DNA of 44,553 bases from positions 1-44,553 of IMG/VR virus record IMGVR_UViG_3300024232_000021; one strand, written 5' to 3'. Shown piece by piece: positions 8,153-17,821 of this stretch. The translations under genes were made by a program, and so were the position numbers. Under the pieces are notes generated by a model. The model was given only the letters and a program-made list of their open reading frames with translations. It had not been told where the DNA came from and searched no databases. Origin of the DNA: a virus. Lineage: Duplodnaviria; Caudoviricetes. Every line of letters begins with the position of its first letter. Position 1 is the stretch's first letter.

Positions 8153-8824
8153 TCAGGGCCTCTTCGCGCTGACGATGAAGGACTTGATCGTCGTGCCGAC
8201 GTTCCGCACCCCACCGATGTTGTGGTGGCGCAGCTCGATGAGCGTCGCGTCGGTGACCGCGCCCACCGTGAGACGCGTGCGGATGTGGGTCATCTTGTCG
8301 CCGTCGGTGGCGACGTTGTTGCCGACGTAGGACCACTTCCGGAGGGTGTCGGCGACCGCCGTCCAGGTCGCCCCGTTGTCGAATGAACCGAAGACCTCGA
8401 CCTCGACCTCGTCACCGCCGCCCGCCGTATCGGGGTCGAGGAGGAGGTCGGCGGCCACCTCGAGTACGTCGCCGACCATCACCTCGTCATCGGCGAAGGT
8501 GAGCCGCGAACCGGCAATCGCCGTGGCGTTGTTGGTGAGCGCCAGCGCGCTCGTCGTGTGGACTTCGGCGAGTCCGAGAACGAACCTTTCGATGACCTCG
8601 CCGTTGCGCGGAACCTGCTCGGGCCGCGCGTCGGAGTCGAGCGTAGCGATACCCGGCTTGCCGCTGGTGCGCGCGACGCCCAGCCGGTTCTTCAGCCAAG
8701 CCGTGCGGTTCGCGAGGTGCTGAATCGCTGTGCGCAGGAACCCATAGCTGGTCTTCGGGTCGCCGCTCGTAGGGGCCTGAACGGGGTCCGACCACGTGTC
8801 GGTTCCGGTGATGTCGATCGGCAT
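8153..8824 (-). CDS. tail fibre / baseplate-associated protein
   Basis: IQHLANRTAWLK motif of myophage fibre N-termini; position in the tail module. Confidence 0.65.
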   Translation of the reverse strand: MPIDITGTDTWSDPVQAPTSGDPKTSYGFLRTAIQHLANRTAWLKNRLGVARTSGKPGIATLDSDARPEQVPRNGEVIERFVLGLAEVHTTSALALTNNATAIAGSRLTFADDEVMVGDVLEVAADLLLDPDTAGGGDEVEVEVFGSFDNGATWTAVADTLRKWSYVGNNVATDGDKMTHIRTRLTVGAVTDATLIELRHHNIGGVRNVGTTIKSFIVSAKRP

Positions 8825-9526
8825 TCAGTAGCCCTCCAGGTAGGCAATCTCCACCGGCACTTCTTCCCAGTCGCCTTCGCCGTCGTCCCAAACCCCTCCG
8901 AGGGGGAAGTCCCAGACCTCGCCCGACATCGCGACGATGATCGCGGGGATGAGCGTGTGCGAGCCCGTCATCTTGTGAACGAGGCGCCGCACTGCCGCGA
9001 CCGCATCGACGCCGGCGCCGACGATGTCCCAGACATCCGTCGAGACGGCGTCCCAACTCGACGCGTCGTCGTCCCACGCGCCGTCGCCGCTCCAGCCGAG
9101 GCCCGCGGTGATGATCGGCCAGAGACGCGCCCACCAGGGAACGACGTTGCCAGGGTTGCCGTCCCAGTCCCATTGATTGTTCCGCACGTCGGCCGCGGTG
9201 ACGCCGACGGCCGCGAACTCGTCGACGACGCCCTTGTCGCTGTCGGTCTTGCTTGCCGTCGTGTGGGCGCGCTGTAGCCGCGCGGCGTAGGCCGGCGAGC
9301 TCTCTCCTGGCCAGCGTTCGGTGCCTCGCTCCCAGCCGAGGAAGGCGAGCGCATCCTCTGGTGCGTAGCGAGTGAAGCGCACCTTCACGGCCTCGATCGC
9401 GCCCTGCGCGACGCCATCGAGGATCAGGCCCAGTCGAAGGCCGAACTCGCGCCCAACGTCGCCCATCCACCGCGGAATCCACGCCGCGAGGTAGTCGCGA
9501 AACAGCGTCGGATCGTCGCTCGCCAT
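8825..9526 (-). CDS. baseplate wedge protein (P2 gpI / Mu gp48-like)
   Basis: DALAFLGWERG...GES..AYAARL; follows the baseplate J gene. Confidence 0.7.
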   Translation of the reverse strand: MASDDPTLFRDYLAAWIPRWMGDVGREFGLRLGLILDGVAQGAIEAVKVRFTRYAPEDALAFLGWERGTERWPGESSPAYAARLQRAHTTASKTDSDKGVVDEFAAVGVTAADVRNNQWDWDGNPGNVVPWWARLWPIITAGLGWSGDGAWDDDASSWDAVSTDVWDIVGAGVDAVAAVRRLVHKMTGSHTLIPAIIVAMSGEVWDFPLGGVWDDGEGDWEEVPVEIAYLEGY

Positions 9527-9532
9527 CGGGGC

Positions 9533-10708
9533 CTACGCGTCGACCCAGGTGAGGCCGGTGAAGTCGAAGACCGGGACCTCGTTCGCCGCGAGGACGACGT
9601 CGGCCGCCGGCGTCGCGATCGTCGAGTCGTTCCCCTCGGCATCCGAGAGGCCCGCCATGATCTTGCCGATGAGCTTCTCGCGGCTGATCTTGGCCCCGAG
9701 CGGCGCCGAAGCCGCCCACGCATTCAGCGCCGTCTCGGCGAGCGCCTTCGCATAGGCCTTCTCGGTCGACACCGCCGTGACCGTGCCGGTGATGACGATC
9801 ACCTTGTTCTTCGCCGACTCGGCGAAGACGTCGACGCACGTCGGCGCTTTGCCCAGGTGCGACGTTGGGTCGATGTACTCCTGGATTGCGTCGACGATGT
9901 CGGAGGCGAGCGCGTCGGCGCCGTCGGCGCCCGAGCTCGTCGGGCCCGCGACGATGAGGGTGACCTGCCCCGGCAGTGGAGTGTGCCGGCGCACCTTCAC
10001 GCGCGTCACCTCGTCACCCTCGAGGCCGGGAGCGTGCTTGGCGTTGTAGATGTGCGCGGCGTCATTGCAGCCGCAGCCGAGCGTCGACCACTTCGCCGCG
10101 TCGTCGTTCGCGAGGCTGTCGTCGTCCTCGTCGTCGGTGCCGGGCGTCACGACGCCGGCCGGCGCATCGGCGAAGGTCAGGCCGGGGATCGCCGTGACCT
10201 GCTCCCAGCCGCCGCTCGAGCCGTTGTAGGCCGTGCCCGCCTTCGTCGCGAGCATGTTTACGTCGACGAAGCCGCTCGCCGGTACCGTCGGCGCGGTCAC
10301 GCCGTCGTCGTTCAGCCTCGAGGTGAAGACCAGTCCGGTCGAGGTCTTCAGGACGAGCGCGTCGACCGCGATCGTGACCGGCGCACCGCCGGCGTCGGTT
10401 ACCCGCACCTTCCGCGTGCAGAACGTCGCGCTGTCGCGCTCCTCGTCGTAATTCTGCTCCGACAAGAGCGAGAGCCAATCGCCCTTGGCGAGCTTCACGA
10501 AGCCGCCCGCCGCGATCTTCGGAACGAGCGCGTAGAGCTTCTGGGCGGCGCGCGCGAAGGCGGCGAGCAGCACGCGAGGGACCGAGGTGATCGCCCAGGA
10601 GTCGACATCGAAGGGCGTCGGCGAGGCCTTCAGGACAGCGAGCTCGTCGGTGACAACGTCCTCTTCCGTCGCAACGGCGAGCAGCGATTCGAGTGACGGT
10701 GCGGTCAC
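9533..10708 (-). CDS. baseplate J / gp47-like protein
   Basis: AKGDWLSLL, ATKAGTAYN, GTDDEDDDSL and PGQVTLIV motifs. Confidence 0.88.
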   Translation of the reverse strand: MTAPSLESLLAVATEEDVVTDELAVLKASPTPFDVDSWAITSVPRVLLAAFARAAQKLYALVPKIAAGGFVKLAKGDWLSLLSEQNYDEERDSATFCTRKVRVTDAGGAPVTIAVDALVLKTSTGLVFTSRLNDDGVTAPTVPASGFVDVNMLATKAGTAYNGSSGGWEQVTAIPGLTFADAPAGVVTPGTDDEDDDSLANDDAAKWSTLGCGCNDAAHIYNAKHAPGLEGDEVTRVKVRRHTPLPGQVTLIVAGPTSSGADGADALASDIVDAIQEYIDPTSHLGKAPTCVDVFAESAKNKVIVITGTVTAVSTEKAYAKALAETALNAWAASAPLGAKISREKLIGKIMAGLSDAEGNDSTIATPAADVVLAANEVPVFDFTGLTWVDA

Positions 10709-11142
10709 GCGGCCTCCGGCAGGATGAACTCGGGCTCGAGCTGGCCGACCTTGAGCACGAAGGGAAAGACCACGACGTTCCCGTCATCGTCCTCGGTGAC
10801 GAGCCCGAGCGTCGCGCGCACGGTGACCTTCTCGAGCTGCCGGTCATACGTGAGGTCGACGCTGCAGGTCTTCACGCGCGGGTCGCGCTTCGCCTCAATC
10901 ACGAGCTTCGCGCGCCAGTTCGCCAAGACGGCGTCGTCGATCTCAGCGCCGAGGAGCTCGCGGAGATCGACGCCGGCGTCGGGGTCCGTGATGAGACTGC
11001 CGCGCGGGGTGAGCCAGAGACGCGCGACGGACTCAGCGACGACGCGCGGGCCCGAGATGATCCGAAAGTCCGGATCGAGCCCGCCGGTCCCGACGAAAGT
11101 CGAGATGTCCGAGCCGTAGTCGACCAAGGCGGCATTGCCCAC
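10705..11142 (-). CDS. baseplate wedge protein (gp25 / gpW / gp46-like)
   Basis: ARLWLTPRGSL..DPDAGVDL and EAKRDPRV. Confidence 0.8.
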   Translation of the reverse strand: MGNAALVDYGSDISTFVGTGGLDPDFRIISGPRVVAESVARLWLTPRGSLITDPDAGVDLRELLGAEIDDAVLANWRAKLVIEAKRDPRVKTCSVDLTYDRQLEKVTVRATLGLVTEDDDGNVVVFPFVLKVGQLEPEFILPEAA

Positions 11143-11172
11143 GCCGCGGAGCCTACTCCGCTGGTGGGCAAT
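11134..11172. promoter_or_regulatory. inverted motif pair enclosing a -10-like TAGGCT and the GTG start
   Basis: Minus strand reads ATTGCCCAC-CA-GCGGAG-TAGG-CTCCGC-GGC-GTGGGCAAT. Confidence 0.65.
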
Positions 11173-11184
11173 CGCGCGAGGCCT

Positions 11185-12339
11185 TCAGGCCTTCAGTTTC
11201 GTCGCGCCCTCGCGGATCGTGCTCCGAAGGTCGACCACCACGTTGCCAGTGACCGCGATCGCCGCCGCGATCGCCGCCGTTGCCCCGGCGTTGTCGGGGA
11301 TGACCGTGATCAGCGCCCCCGAATTGAAGACGAGTGCAGCGGTGCCGCACGAGACCTTGTCATCGACCCGCGCGACCGACTTCGTTCCCCCGTCGAAGTG
11401 CCACACCGTCAGATTGCTCGGCTCCGATGGGATCGCGACCATCCCCGCGGGGCTTCGGTCCTCGAAGACCAGGTGCACGCGCGCGCCCTTGCTCATCGAG
11501 ATCGTCACGCCGGGCGGCGTTCGAAGGGGAACCTTCGCGGTGCCGTCGACGAGGCTCTTGTCGTCCGGCATGACGTCGACGGTCGAGAGGTCGGCCGACT
11601 GCGCGACAACCACGGCCCGGTGTACCGTGAGCCGGTCGATCGGCACGTCCTGGTGCACCAGCTTGCGGATCGCGGCCCGCAGCCGATCGGCTCCGTCGCT
11701 GCCGTACTCGACTTCGGCGCGCACCCCAGGACTACTAAAATAGTAGTCCACGGCCACGATGCGCCGCCCGCTGAGCGTCGTTCCGGGTCGGAGCGACGCC
11801 GCTTCGAGGCCGAGCGTCGCGCGCTGCTTCGACTCCGAGGAGGTGAGGACCTGCACCGCGGTGGTCGTCTCGGGCCACGTCTCGAAGCCGATCCACAACG
11901 ACCCGTCGTCGAGGATGCGCCAGGAGGCGCCGGCGGCGTCGGCGATCTCCTGAATCGCGAACTTCGCCGTGCTCGAGAGGCGCTGCCACCGGGGGAGTAC
12001 TCGCTCGAGCACCGCGGCCGACGAGCTGCTCGAGCGCGTCTCGCCGGCGGCCGCCAGGAGCTCGTCGAGCACGAGCTGGAGCTGAGGACCGGTCCATGCC
12101 TTCGGCGGGAGCTCCTTGCCGAGCCCCCCGCCTCCGCCGACGGCGACGACATGCGCCGCGCCGCGGAAGGTGCCCACCACCTGCGTCGTGCCGACCAGAC
12201 GCAGCCCGGTCGCCTCGAGGGCAATCGCGCCGTGGGCAAAGTCAGCGGCGTCGACCAGGAGCTCGGCCTGCCAGGCCCCGAGGACCGGCATCAGGAGCCG
12301 TCCCGTGACACACCTCAGGCCGTTTGCGGTCAGGAGCAT
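11185..12339 (-). CDS. baseplate hub / spike fusion protein
   Basis: Hub-like WRILDDGSLWIG, then an OB-fold-like HRAVVVAQ...GARVHLVF and VARVDD spike motifs. Confidence 0.7.
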   Translation of the reverse strand: MLLTANGLRCVTGRLLMPVLGAWQAELLVDAADFAHGAIALEATGLRLVGTTQVVGTFRGAAHVVAVGGGGGLGKELPPKAWTGPQLQLVLDELLAAAGETRSSSSSAAVLERVLPRWQRLSSTAKFAIQEIADAAGASWRILDDGSLWIGFETWPETTTAVQVLTSSESKQRATLGLEAASLRPGTTLSGRRIVAVDYYFSSPGVRAEVEYGSDGADRLRAAIRKLVHQDVPIDRLTVHRAVVVAQSADLSTVDVMPDDKSLVDGTAKVPLRTPPGVTISMSKGARVHLVFEDRSPAGMVAIPSEPSNLTVWHFDGGTKSVARVDDKVSCGTAALVFNSGALITVIPDNAGATAAIAAAIAVTGNVVVDLRSTIREGATKLKA

Positions 12340-12349
12340 GCGGAGGCCC

Positions 12350-12940
12350 TCACGGCTTCGGCGTGCCCTTATCGGGCGACGTCGGGGGCTTGAAGCCGGG
12401 CGGAGGGGGCGGGCCGAAGGGCACGTTCGACCCGCCCTTGCCGTCGAGCACGTTCCCGCCGCCTCCCACGCTCTTGCTGGGCGTCTTGGTCGCACTCTTG
12501 GCCACCTTCGGGGGCGGCGCGAACTTCTTCGCCTTGACCTTCAGCGTCCACACCTGGCCCGACACCGTCGGCCCCTGCAGGTCGTGGAAGAGCACCGAGC
12601 GGACGCTGTTCATCGCGAGGAGCGGGTGCTCGCAGTCGTGCGGCTCGGCCTTCGCGTAGAGCTCGATGAAGGCCTCGCAGCGCGCGAGCTCGATGTCGAG
12701 GTCCTTGTCGTCGATCGTCTCGATCCACGAGCAGGTGATGTCGAAGCTCGGGAGCTTCTCGCCATTGATCGTGAGCGAGGCGCCGGTCGTCCCGCCGCCC
12801 TTCTTCTCGTCGAGGTCGAGCTGCCTCGAGGGAACGACCGTGACGATGCCGGGGAGCACGTTGCCGCGCAGGCCGACGACCACCATGCGCGCCCAGGCGC
12901 TGTCGTCCTCGCGCGGAACCGGAACGAGCGCTTCGCCCAC
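12350..12940 (-). CDS. tail tube initiator / baseplate protein
   Basis: Immediately downstream of the tape measure gene; beta-rich, HPLLAMNSV motif. Confidence 0.55.
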   Translation of the reverse strand: MGEALVPVPREDDSAWARMVVVGLRGNVLPGIVTVVPSRQLDLDEKKGGGTTGASLTINGEKLPSFDITCSWIETIDDKDLDIELARCEAFIELYAKAEPHDCEHPLLAMNSVRSVLFHDLQGPTVSGQVWTLKVKAKKFAPPPKVAKSATKTPSKSVGGGGNVLDGKGGSNVPFGPPPPPGFKPPTSPDKGTPKP

Positions 12941-12942
12941 GG

Positions 12943-14790
12943 TCAGCCCCCAGTCCCCGTCGCCGCGAGCTCGAGCTCGTCGACGAGCTCGGCCCGGATG
13001 CCACGCCCGATCGCGTGACCCTGAGCCTCCGCCTCGCCGAGCCCCATGCCCGGCGTCGCAACGACCTGCACGATGAGGTTCTCGATGCGGATGCCGCCGC
13101 CTGCACCGCCACCACCCGCAGCCGCGCCGGGGCCCGTGGCGACGTCCATCGCGCCGCCGATCGCGCCGCCGGCGAGCGTGTCGCCGACGAAGTTGTCGTT
13201 CGCGGCCTTGTCGACGCCGCCGTAGTAGCCGTAGACGGTGTCCTCGCCCATGTCGGCGAAGACCCGCGACGGCGAGTGGCTGTCGAGCTTGCCCTTCATC
13301 GCCGAGATCGCCGTGTCGCCCACGCCCTTCACCGCCGTGCCGACCGCCGGTGAGTTGCCGGTGATGCCGTCGACGAGGCCCTGCACCAGGTTGGCGCCGG
13401 CGCCGTACATCGCGTCGTAGATGCCGTCGAAGAAGTCGGTGATCGTCTTCCACTGGTCGGAAAACCAATCGCCGACGGCGCCAACAGCCGCCGGCAGCGT
13501 GACCGCGAAGAAGTCATAGATCGCGACGCCGACTTCGTAGACGACCTCGACGAAGCCCGCGACCAGGCCGGCGATCGCGATGACGCCGTAGATGAGCGCC
13601 GCCACGACGAAGCCGAAGATCTCGCCGATCAGCTTGAACCCGTGGATCAGCTTCTGGATGCCGGGGTCGCTCGAGTCGGTGAGGTTGATGACGTCCCGAA
13701 GCGGCCCGAGCATCTTCATCAGCGCGCCGAGGAAGCCCCCGCCGATGGCCTTCCCGAGCTCCATGAACGCGCTGAAGATCTTCAAGAGCGCGTGGATGTT
13801 CCCCGGGCTGAAGACCTCCTTGAAGAGGGGCCCCATCTGGCTGAAGCCGTCGACGATCGCCTTGATCGCCGCCTTCCCTTCGTCGCTCTTCAGCGCTGCC
13901 GTGAACTGCCCCAGGAGATCGATCAGCGGCTGCAGGTCGACGTTTTCGATGAGGTCGCCGAAGGCGTTCTTCAGCCTCTGCACGCCGCCGCTGAAGGAGT
14001 CGCCGAGGATCGTCTTCGCCTTCGATCCGAGCCCGGCGCCCTTGTCGATCTGCGTGTTGATCGTGTCGAGGATGCCCTGCATCCCGACGTCCGCGGAGAT
14101 CTGCCCCGCGTCCATCGCGGCGATGATTCCCTGTTGGGTCATCCCCTTGAACTGGTCGTAGGTGCTCAGCGTCTGCGCGAGCTGCTCCTTCGAGATGCCG
14201 ATCGACGCGAGCGCCTTCGTGTTCGGCTTGAACTCGCCCCCGGCCTCGAGCTTGTCGAACAGGCCCTGCAGCGCGCTCGCGGCCTCATCGCCGCCGAGCG
14301 CCTTGACGTCGAGCATCGCGGCGATGATGTCGCGCGACTCCTGCGCGCCGTAGCCGAGACGCCGGAAGCCGACGTAGAGCTTCTTCAGCTGATCATCGTC
14401 CTGTCCCGCGAGCTCGGCCATCTTGTCGAGCACGTCGGCGGCGTCCTGGGCGGCGCCGGCGGTGCCCTCGGTCACCTCCATCGCGGCAAGCAGCTTCCGA
14501 TTCGTCTCGGTCGCCTCGACGGCCATCTTCGCGATGCCGGCTGCAGCTGCGGCCGCGCCGAGGGCTAAATACTTCAGCTTGTCGTAGGCGTAGCCGACGA
14601 CCTCCCCGACGCCCTGGATGATCGGCTTCGCGGCGGCCGCGGCGCCCTTCACACCATCGAAGAATGAACCGAGCTTCGAGCCGCCCAGCTGCTTCGCCGC
14701 GCCGTAGAGGTCCTTCAGCGAGCCCGTGATCTTCTTCGCCGGGCCCGAGGCCACGTCGTAGAGCGCGAAGAGGGCCTCGAGCTTCTCCAT
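12943..14790 (-). CDS. tape measure protein
   Basis: 615 aa, Ala/Gly-rich and helical with hydrophobic segments; LDSHSPSRVFADMG motif. Confidence 0.9.
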   Translation of the reverse strand: MEKLEALFALYDVASGPAKKITGSLKDLYGAAKQLGGSKLGSFFDGVKGAAAAAKPIIQGVGEVVGYAYDKLKYLALGAAAAAAGIAKMAVEATETNRKLLAAMEVTEGTAGAAQDAADVLDKMAELAGQDDDQLKKLYVGFRRLGYGAQESRDIIAAMLDVKALGGDEAASALQGLFDKLEAGGEFKPNTKALASIGISKEQLAQTLSTYDQFKGMTQQGIIAAMDAGQISADVGMQGILDTINTQIDKGAGLGSKAKTILGDSFSGGVQRLKNAFGDLIENVDLQPLIDLLGQFTAALKSDEGKAAIKAIVDGFSQMGPLFKEVFSPGNIHALLKIFSAFMELGKAIGGGFLGALMKMLGPLRDVINLTDSSDPGIQKLIHGFKLIGEIFGFVVAALIYGVIAIAGLVAGFVEVVYEVGVAIYDFFAVTLPAAVGAVGDWFSDQWKTITDFFDGIYDAMYGAGANLVQGLVDGITGNSPAVGTAVKGVGDTAISAMKGKLDSHSPSRVFADMGEDTVYGYYGGVDKAANDNFVGDTLAGGAIGGAMDVATGPGAAAGGGGAGGGIRIENLIVQVVATPGMGLGEAEAQGHAIGRGIRAELVDELELAATGTGG

Positions 14791-14834
14791 CCGTCGTGGG
14801 CAATCCTATGTCACGGGCAATTCGCGCGCGCCGA

Positions 14835-15017
14835 CTACTTCGGCTTGATACCGCCCATCGCGATCGCAAGCCCGCGAATCGCGATGGTGGTTTCGCCGAC
14901 GAGGACCTCGCCGACGGCAGCCCCGATGAACTGGTCGTCGGAGTCGTCCTCGGCGACGCCGGTGAGCTCCGAGTGAAGGCGCTTCAGCCAGTGCCTCACG
15001 CAGGCCCCGGCGATCAT
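14835..15017 (-). CDS. tail assembly chaperone, C-terminal (GT-like) part
   Basis: Open in the -1 frame across the stop of 15050-15448. Confidence 0.5.
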   Translation of the reverse strand: MIAGACVRHWLKRLHSELTGVAEDDSDDQFIGAAVGEVLVGETTIAIRGLAIAMGGIKPK

Positions 15018-15049
15018 GGGTCGGCTCCGCGCCTGGGCGAGCCGATCCG

Positions 15050-15448
15050 TTACAGTTTTCGGTAGTCGCCGCCCTTGCCGAAGCCGATCGAGACGGAACA
15101 GTTCGCGACCTCCTCGCAGACGAGCGGGCAGTCGAGCATGAGCGCGTCGAACTTCGCCGCCTGCTCCTTCGCATGCGGGAAGACGACGAGCTGCCGCGCG
15201 AGGTTCTCGATCGCGACGATCTTCTCGGCGGTCTTCTCCTTCGTCTGCGCGGCGAGGATCTGCGCGCGGCCCGGGTGCTTGAAGATCGCGGGGATGTTCA
15301 CGAGCACGTAGAGCCGGCCCTGGTGCTTCGTCTTCAGCTCGGCGACGAGCTCGGGCGCGATGCCGTGCTTGGCGAGGATCTCGTCGAGCTCGACCTGCGC
15401 GGCGTCCGTCTCGGGGTCGACCGAGACCATCTTCGATTCGTTGTCCAT
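15050..15448 (-). CDS. tail assembly chaperone (G-like)
   Basis: Between the tube and tape measure genes; SD CAGGAGG. Confidence 0.7.
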   Translation of the reverse strand: MDNESKMVSVDPETDAAQVELDEILAKHGIAPELVAELKTKHQGRLYVLVNIPAIFKHPGRAQILAAQTKEKTAEKIVAIENLARQLVVFPHAKEQAAKFDALMLDCPLVCEEVANCSVSIGFGKGGDYRKL

Positions 15449-15467
15449 GGAACCTCCTGGTCAAGGC

Positions 15468-15498
15468 AAAGGGCGCAGCAGGCTTCCCCGCTGCGCCC
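15468..15498 (-). terminator. intrinsic terminator or attenuator after the tail tube gene
   Basis: GGGCGCAGCGGG-GAAG-CCTGCTGCGCCC followed by TTTG on the minus strand. Confidence 0.6.
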
Positions 15499-15520
15499 CC
15501 GCTGGTTTCGAGCCCGGCGA

Positions 15521-15967
15521 CTAGGCCGCCCGGCGCTTGAACGGCTCGCTGCCGTTGTCGGTCTGCTTGATGGGCATGAGCCCGATGTCGACGATGGTGC
15601 CGGCTTCGGCCCCCGCCTCGGCGCTCTTCTTCGGCTTCACGATGCGCGCGCGGCACGTGTCCGTCTTCACGTCCTCGTTCGGGTACTGCCACTCGCCCGT
15701 GATCTCGACGAAGGCCTCGGTCCAGCCGATCCCCTTCGACTCGAAGTACGCGAGCACCGCGTGCCACGCGCCGAGCGTCATCGACATGCTCGAGTTGTAG
15801 GCGACGACGCCCTTGGTGATGTTGAGGGGGTAGACGCCAGGGCCGTACTGGTAGGCCGTCTTCACCTCGGTCTCGAGGTCGATCTTCGTCAGCGCGTAGA
15901 GCACGCCGTCGATCTTCACCTTCAGGCAGGCCCACGAGAGGGCGGGATCATCGATGTCGACCACCAT
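15521..15967 (-). CDS. tail tube protein
   Basis: 148 aa after the sheath gene; SD AAGGAAGGAG; SWACLKVKIDG...YGPG..P...TKG. Confidence 0.8.
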   Translation of the reverse strand: MVVDIDDPALSWACLKVKIDGVLYALTKIDLETEVKTAYQYGPGVYPLNITKGVVAYNSSMSMTLGAWHAVLAYFESKGIGWTEAFVEITGEWQYPNEDVKTDTCRARIVKPKKSAEAGAEAGTIVDIGLMPIKQTDNGSEPFKRRAA

Positions 15968-15981
15968 GACGTGCTCCTTCC

Positions 15982-17439
15982 TTACTGCTCGAGCCCAAGC
16001 TCTTCTTCGACGTCGAAGGCGTAGTCCCACGCCTTCAGGCGCGTCTTGTACTTCACCTTGAAGGTCGTGGCGGTGACCTCGGCGCGATTCACCGTCACGC
16101 GTGCGCTGATGACCTCGCCCTGCTTCACGAGACCCTTGTCGAGCTCGGCCTCGAGGAGCTTCTCGATCGACTGCGCGGTCCCCTCGGTGAGGGTGCCGGC
16201 CGTCTTCCCCGCCGGCGGCGGGTTGGGATACGTCTCGACCTCGCCCGCGAGGAGCGTCAGCCCCTTCGGGCGCGTGATGTCCGCGGCCGCGTCGACCACG
16301 CGCATGTTCGGACCGAAGGTGAAGTCGCTCCCGGGCGCCGCCATCGTCGGCCAGTTGGTGATGAAGAAGCCGCCGGTCTGATCTTCGTGCTTCCGGAGCG
16401 TCGCGAAGCGCACGCCGGGGCCGGGGCGCTTGTTCTCGTCGTGGTAGATGGCCGTGATCGACGCCGACGTATCGGCCGTCGGCGCGACGCCGTCGGCGAA
16501 GGCAGCGGGGTTGCGGCGCAGGCGGTTGACGCGGATGCGGCCGGCGAGCACCCAGCCGCTCGAGCGCTTCGCCTTCCGCTGCGAGACCGCGGAGATGTGA
16601 TCGCAGAAGCCGTAACAGAACGTGATCCGCTTCTGGGACAGCGAGAGCAGGGCAGTGTTCAGCAGGCCGTCGCCGGTCGAGTTGTCGGCGACGTCCGGGA
16701 GCTCGAGGAGGAAGTTGTGCCGGCGGCCGTTGGTCGCCGACGTGGCGAGCTTCGACGACATCGCCGAGAAGATCGTCGCCGCAGCCGTGGCCTTGTCGGT
16801 GTCGGTCGCGCCGGCTGCCTGGCCTACGACGTAGCCGAAGGCCCACTTGAAGCCAGCGACGTCGGCAACGTCGTAGACCGCGGTGAGGTCGGCCGAGACG
16901 AAGCCCGGCGCAGTGGTGGTGAACGTGTACTCCTCGTCGGCGACATAGGTCCCGGCCGCGAGGCCGAGCGAGAGCCCGGTGCGCGGGACGGTGACGGAGG
17001 CCGCGGTGAGCGTCTCCGCGCCGTAGTCGCCGCCGTTGAGCGCGACCTTGATCGTCGCGGTGGCGAGCGCACCGCCCTTCACGACCTTCACCTTCACCGA
17101 GAGGTTGAAGTACGGCGCGCCGCCTGGCGTGAGCGCCGGGCCCGTGCCCGTCTGCGTGACGCTCCCGCTGGTGCCGGCGACCGAGCCGTTCACCTTGCCG
17201 AAGTAGACCGGCTTCGTCTTGTCGACCTGGAGGAGCCACGCGACCATCTCCGGTCCCTCGCCGTCACCGACCTCGTCGATGCATGCCTGGCCGTCAAAGT
17301 AGGGCCCGTAGAGCGTCGCGGCGGTGCCGGACTGCGAAGTGCCGAAGACGATCCACACGTCCCGGGCGAGGAAGCCCCTGCCGAAGCCGAGGGCGCCATC
17401 GCTGATGGACTGCGAGATACCGGGAAGGGCGCTGCTCAT
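15982..17439 (-). CDS. tail sheath protein (DUF2586-like)
   Basis: LPGISQSISDGALG N-terminus; TLRKH..GFFITN..MAAPGSDF...RVVDAA. Confidence 0.85.
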   Translation of the reverse strand: MSSALPGISQSISDGALGFGRGFLARDVWIVFGTSQSGTAATLYGPYFDGQACIDEVGDGEGPEMVAWLLQVDKTKPVYFGKVNGSVAGTSGSVTQTGTGPALTPGGAPYFNLSVKVKVVKGGALATATIKVALNGGDYGAETLTAASVTVPRTGLSLGLAAGTYVADEEYTFTTTAPGFVSADLTAVYDVADVAGFKWAFGYVVGQAAGATDTDKATAAATIFSAMSSKLATSATNGRRHNFLLELPDVADNSTGDGLLNTALLSLSQKRITFCYGFCDHISAVSQRKAKRSSGWVLAGRIRVNRLRRNPAAFADGVAPTADTSASITAIYHDENKRPGPGVRFATLRKHEDQTGGFFITNWPTMAAPGSDFTFGPNMRVVDAAADITRPKGLTLLAGEVETYPNPPPAGKTAGTLTEGTAQSIEKLLEAELDKGLVKQGEVISARVTVNRAEVTATTFKVKYKTRLKAWDYAFDVEEELGLEQ

Positions 17440-17464
17440 CGTCGTGGTCCTCCGTGCTCTCCGT

Positions 17465-17821
17465 TCAGTGCGACTTCACGCCGGCCGCCGCGTCGAGCGC
17501 GGCCTTGTAATCGCTTCCCGTGACGACCTGGCCCGGGACCCACTTCTTGAGGGCCATCGCGGCGTGGTGCATCGGGTGCGCGCGCACAAGCTCGACGACC
17601 TTGCCCGCGGCGTTGCGGCTCTGGTGCTTGGTGCCGAACTGCGTGCGCCAGTCGGCCGGCTTCGGTGCACTCTTGTCCTTCTCGTCCTTGGGCGTCGTGA
17701 GCGACGGCTTGCCGAGGTCGAGATCGCACGGGTGGTCGATCTCGGCCGACGTCACGGGCAGCTCGATCTCCGCGAGGAGCTCGTCGACCTCGACTTCCAC
17801 GGTCACCGCGTCGTCCGTCAT
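17465..17821 (-). CDS. hypothetical protein (pre-sheath)
   Basis: ATGA-coupled ORF with good codon usage. Confidence 0.7.
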   Translation of the reverse strand: MTDDAVTVEVEVDELLAEIELPVTSAEIDHPCDLDLGKPSLTTPKDEKDKSAPKPADWRTQFGTKHQSRNAAGKVVELVRAHPMHHAAMALKKWVPGQVVTGSDYKAALDAAAGVKSH

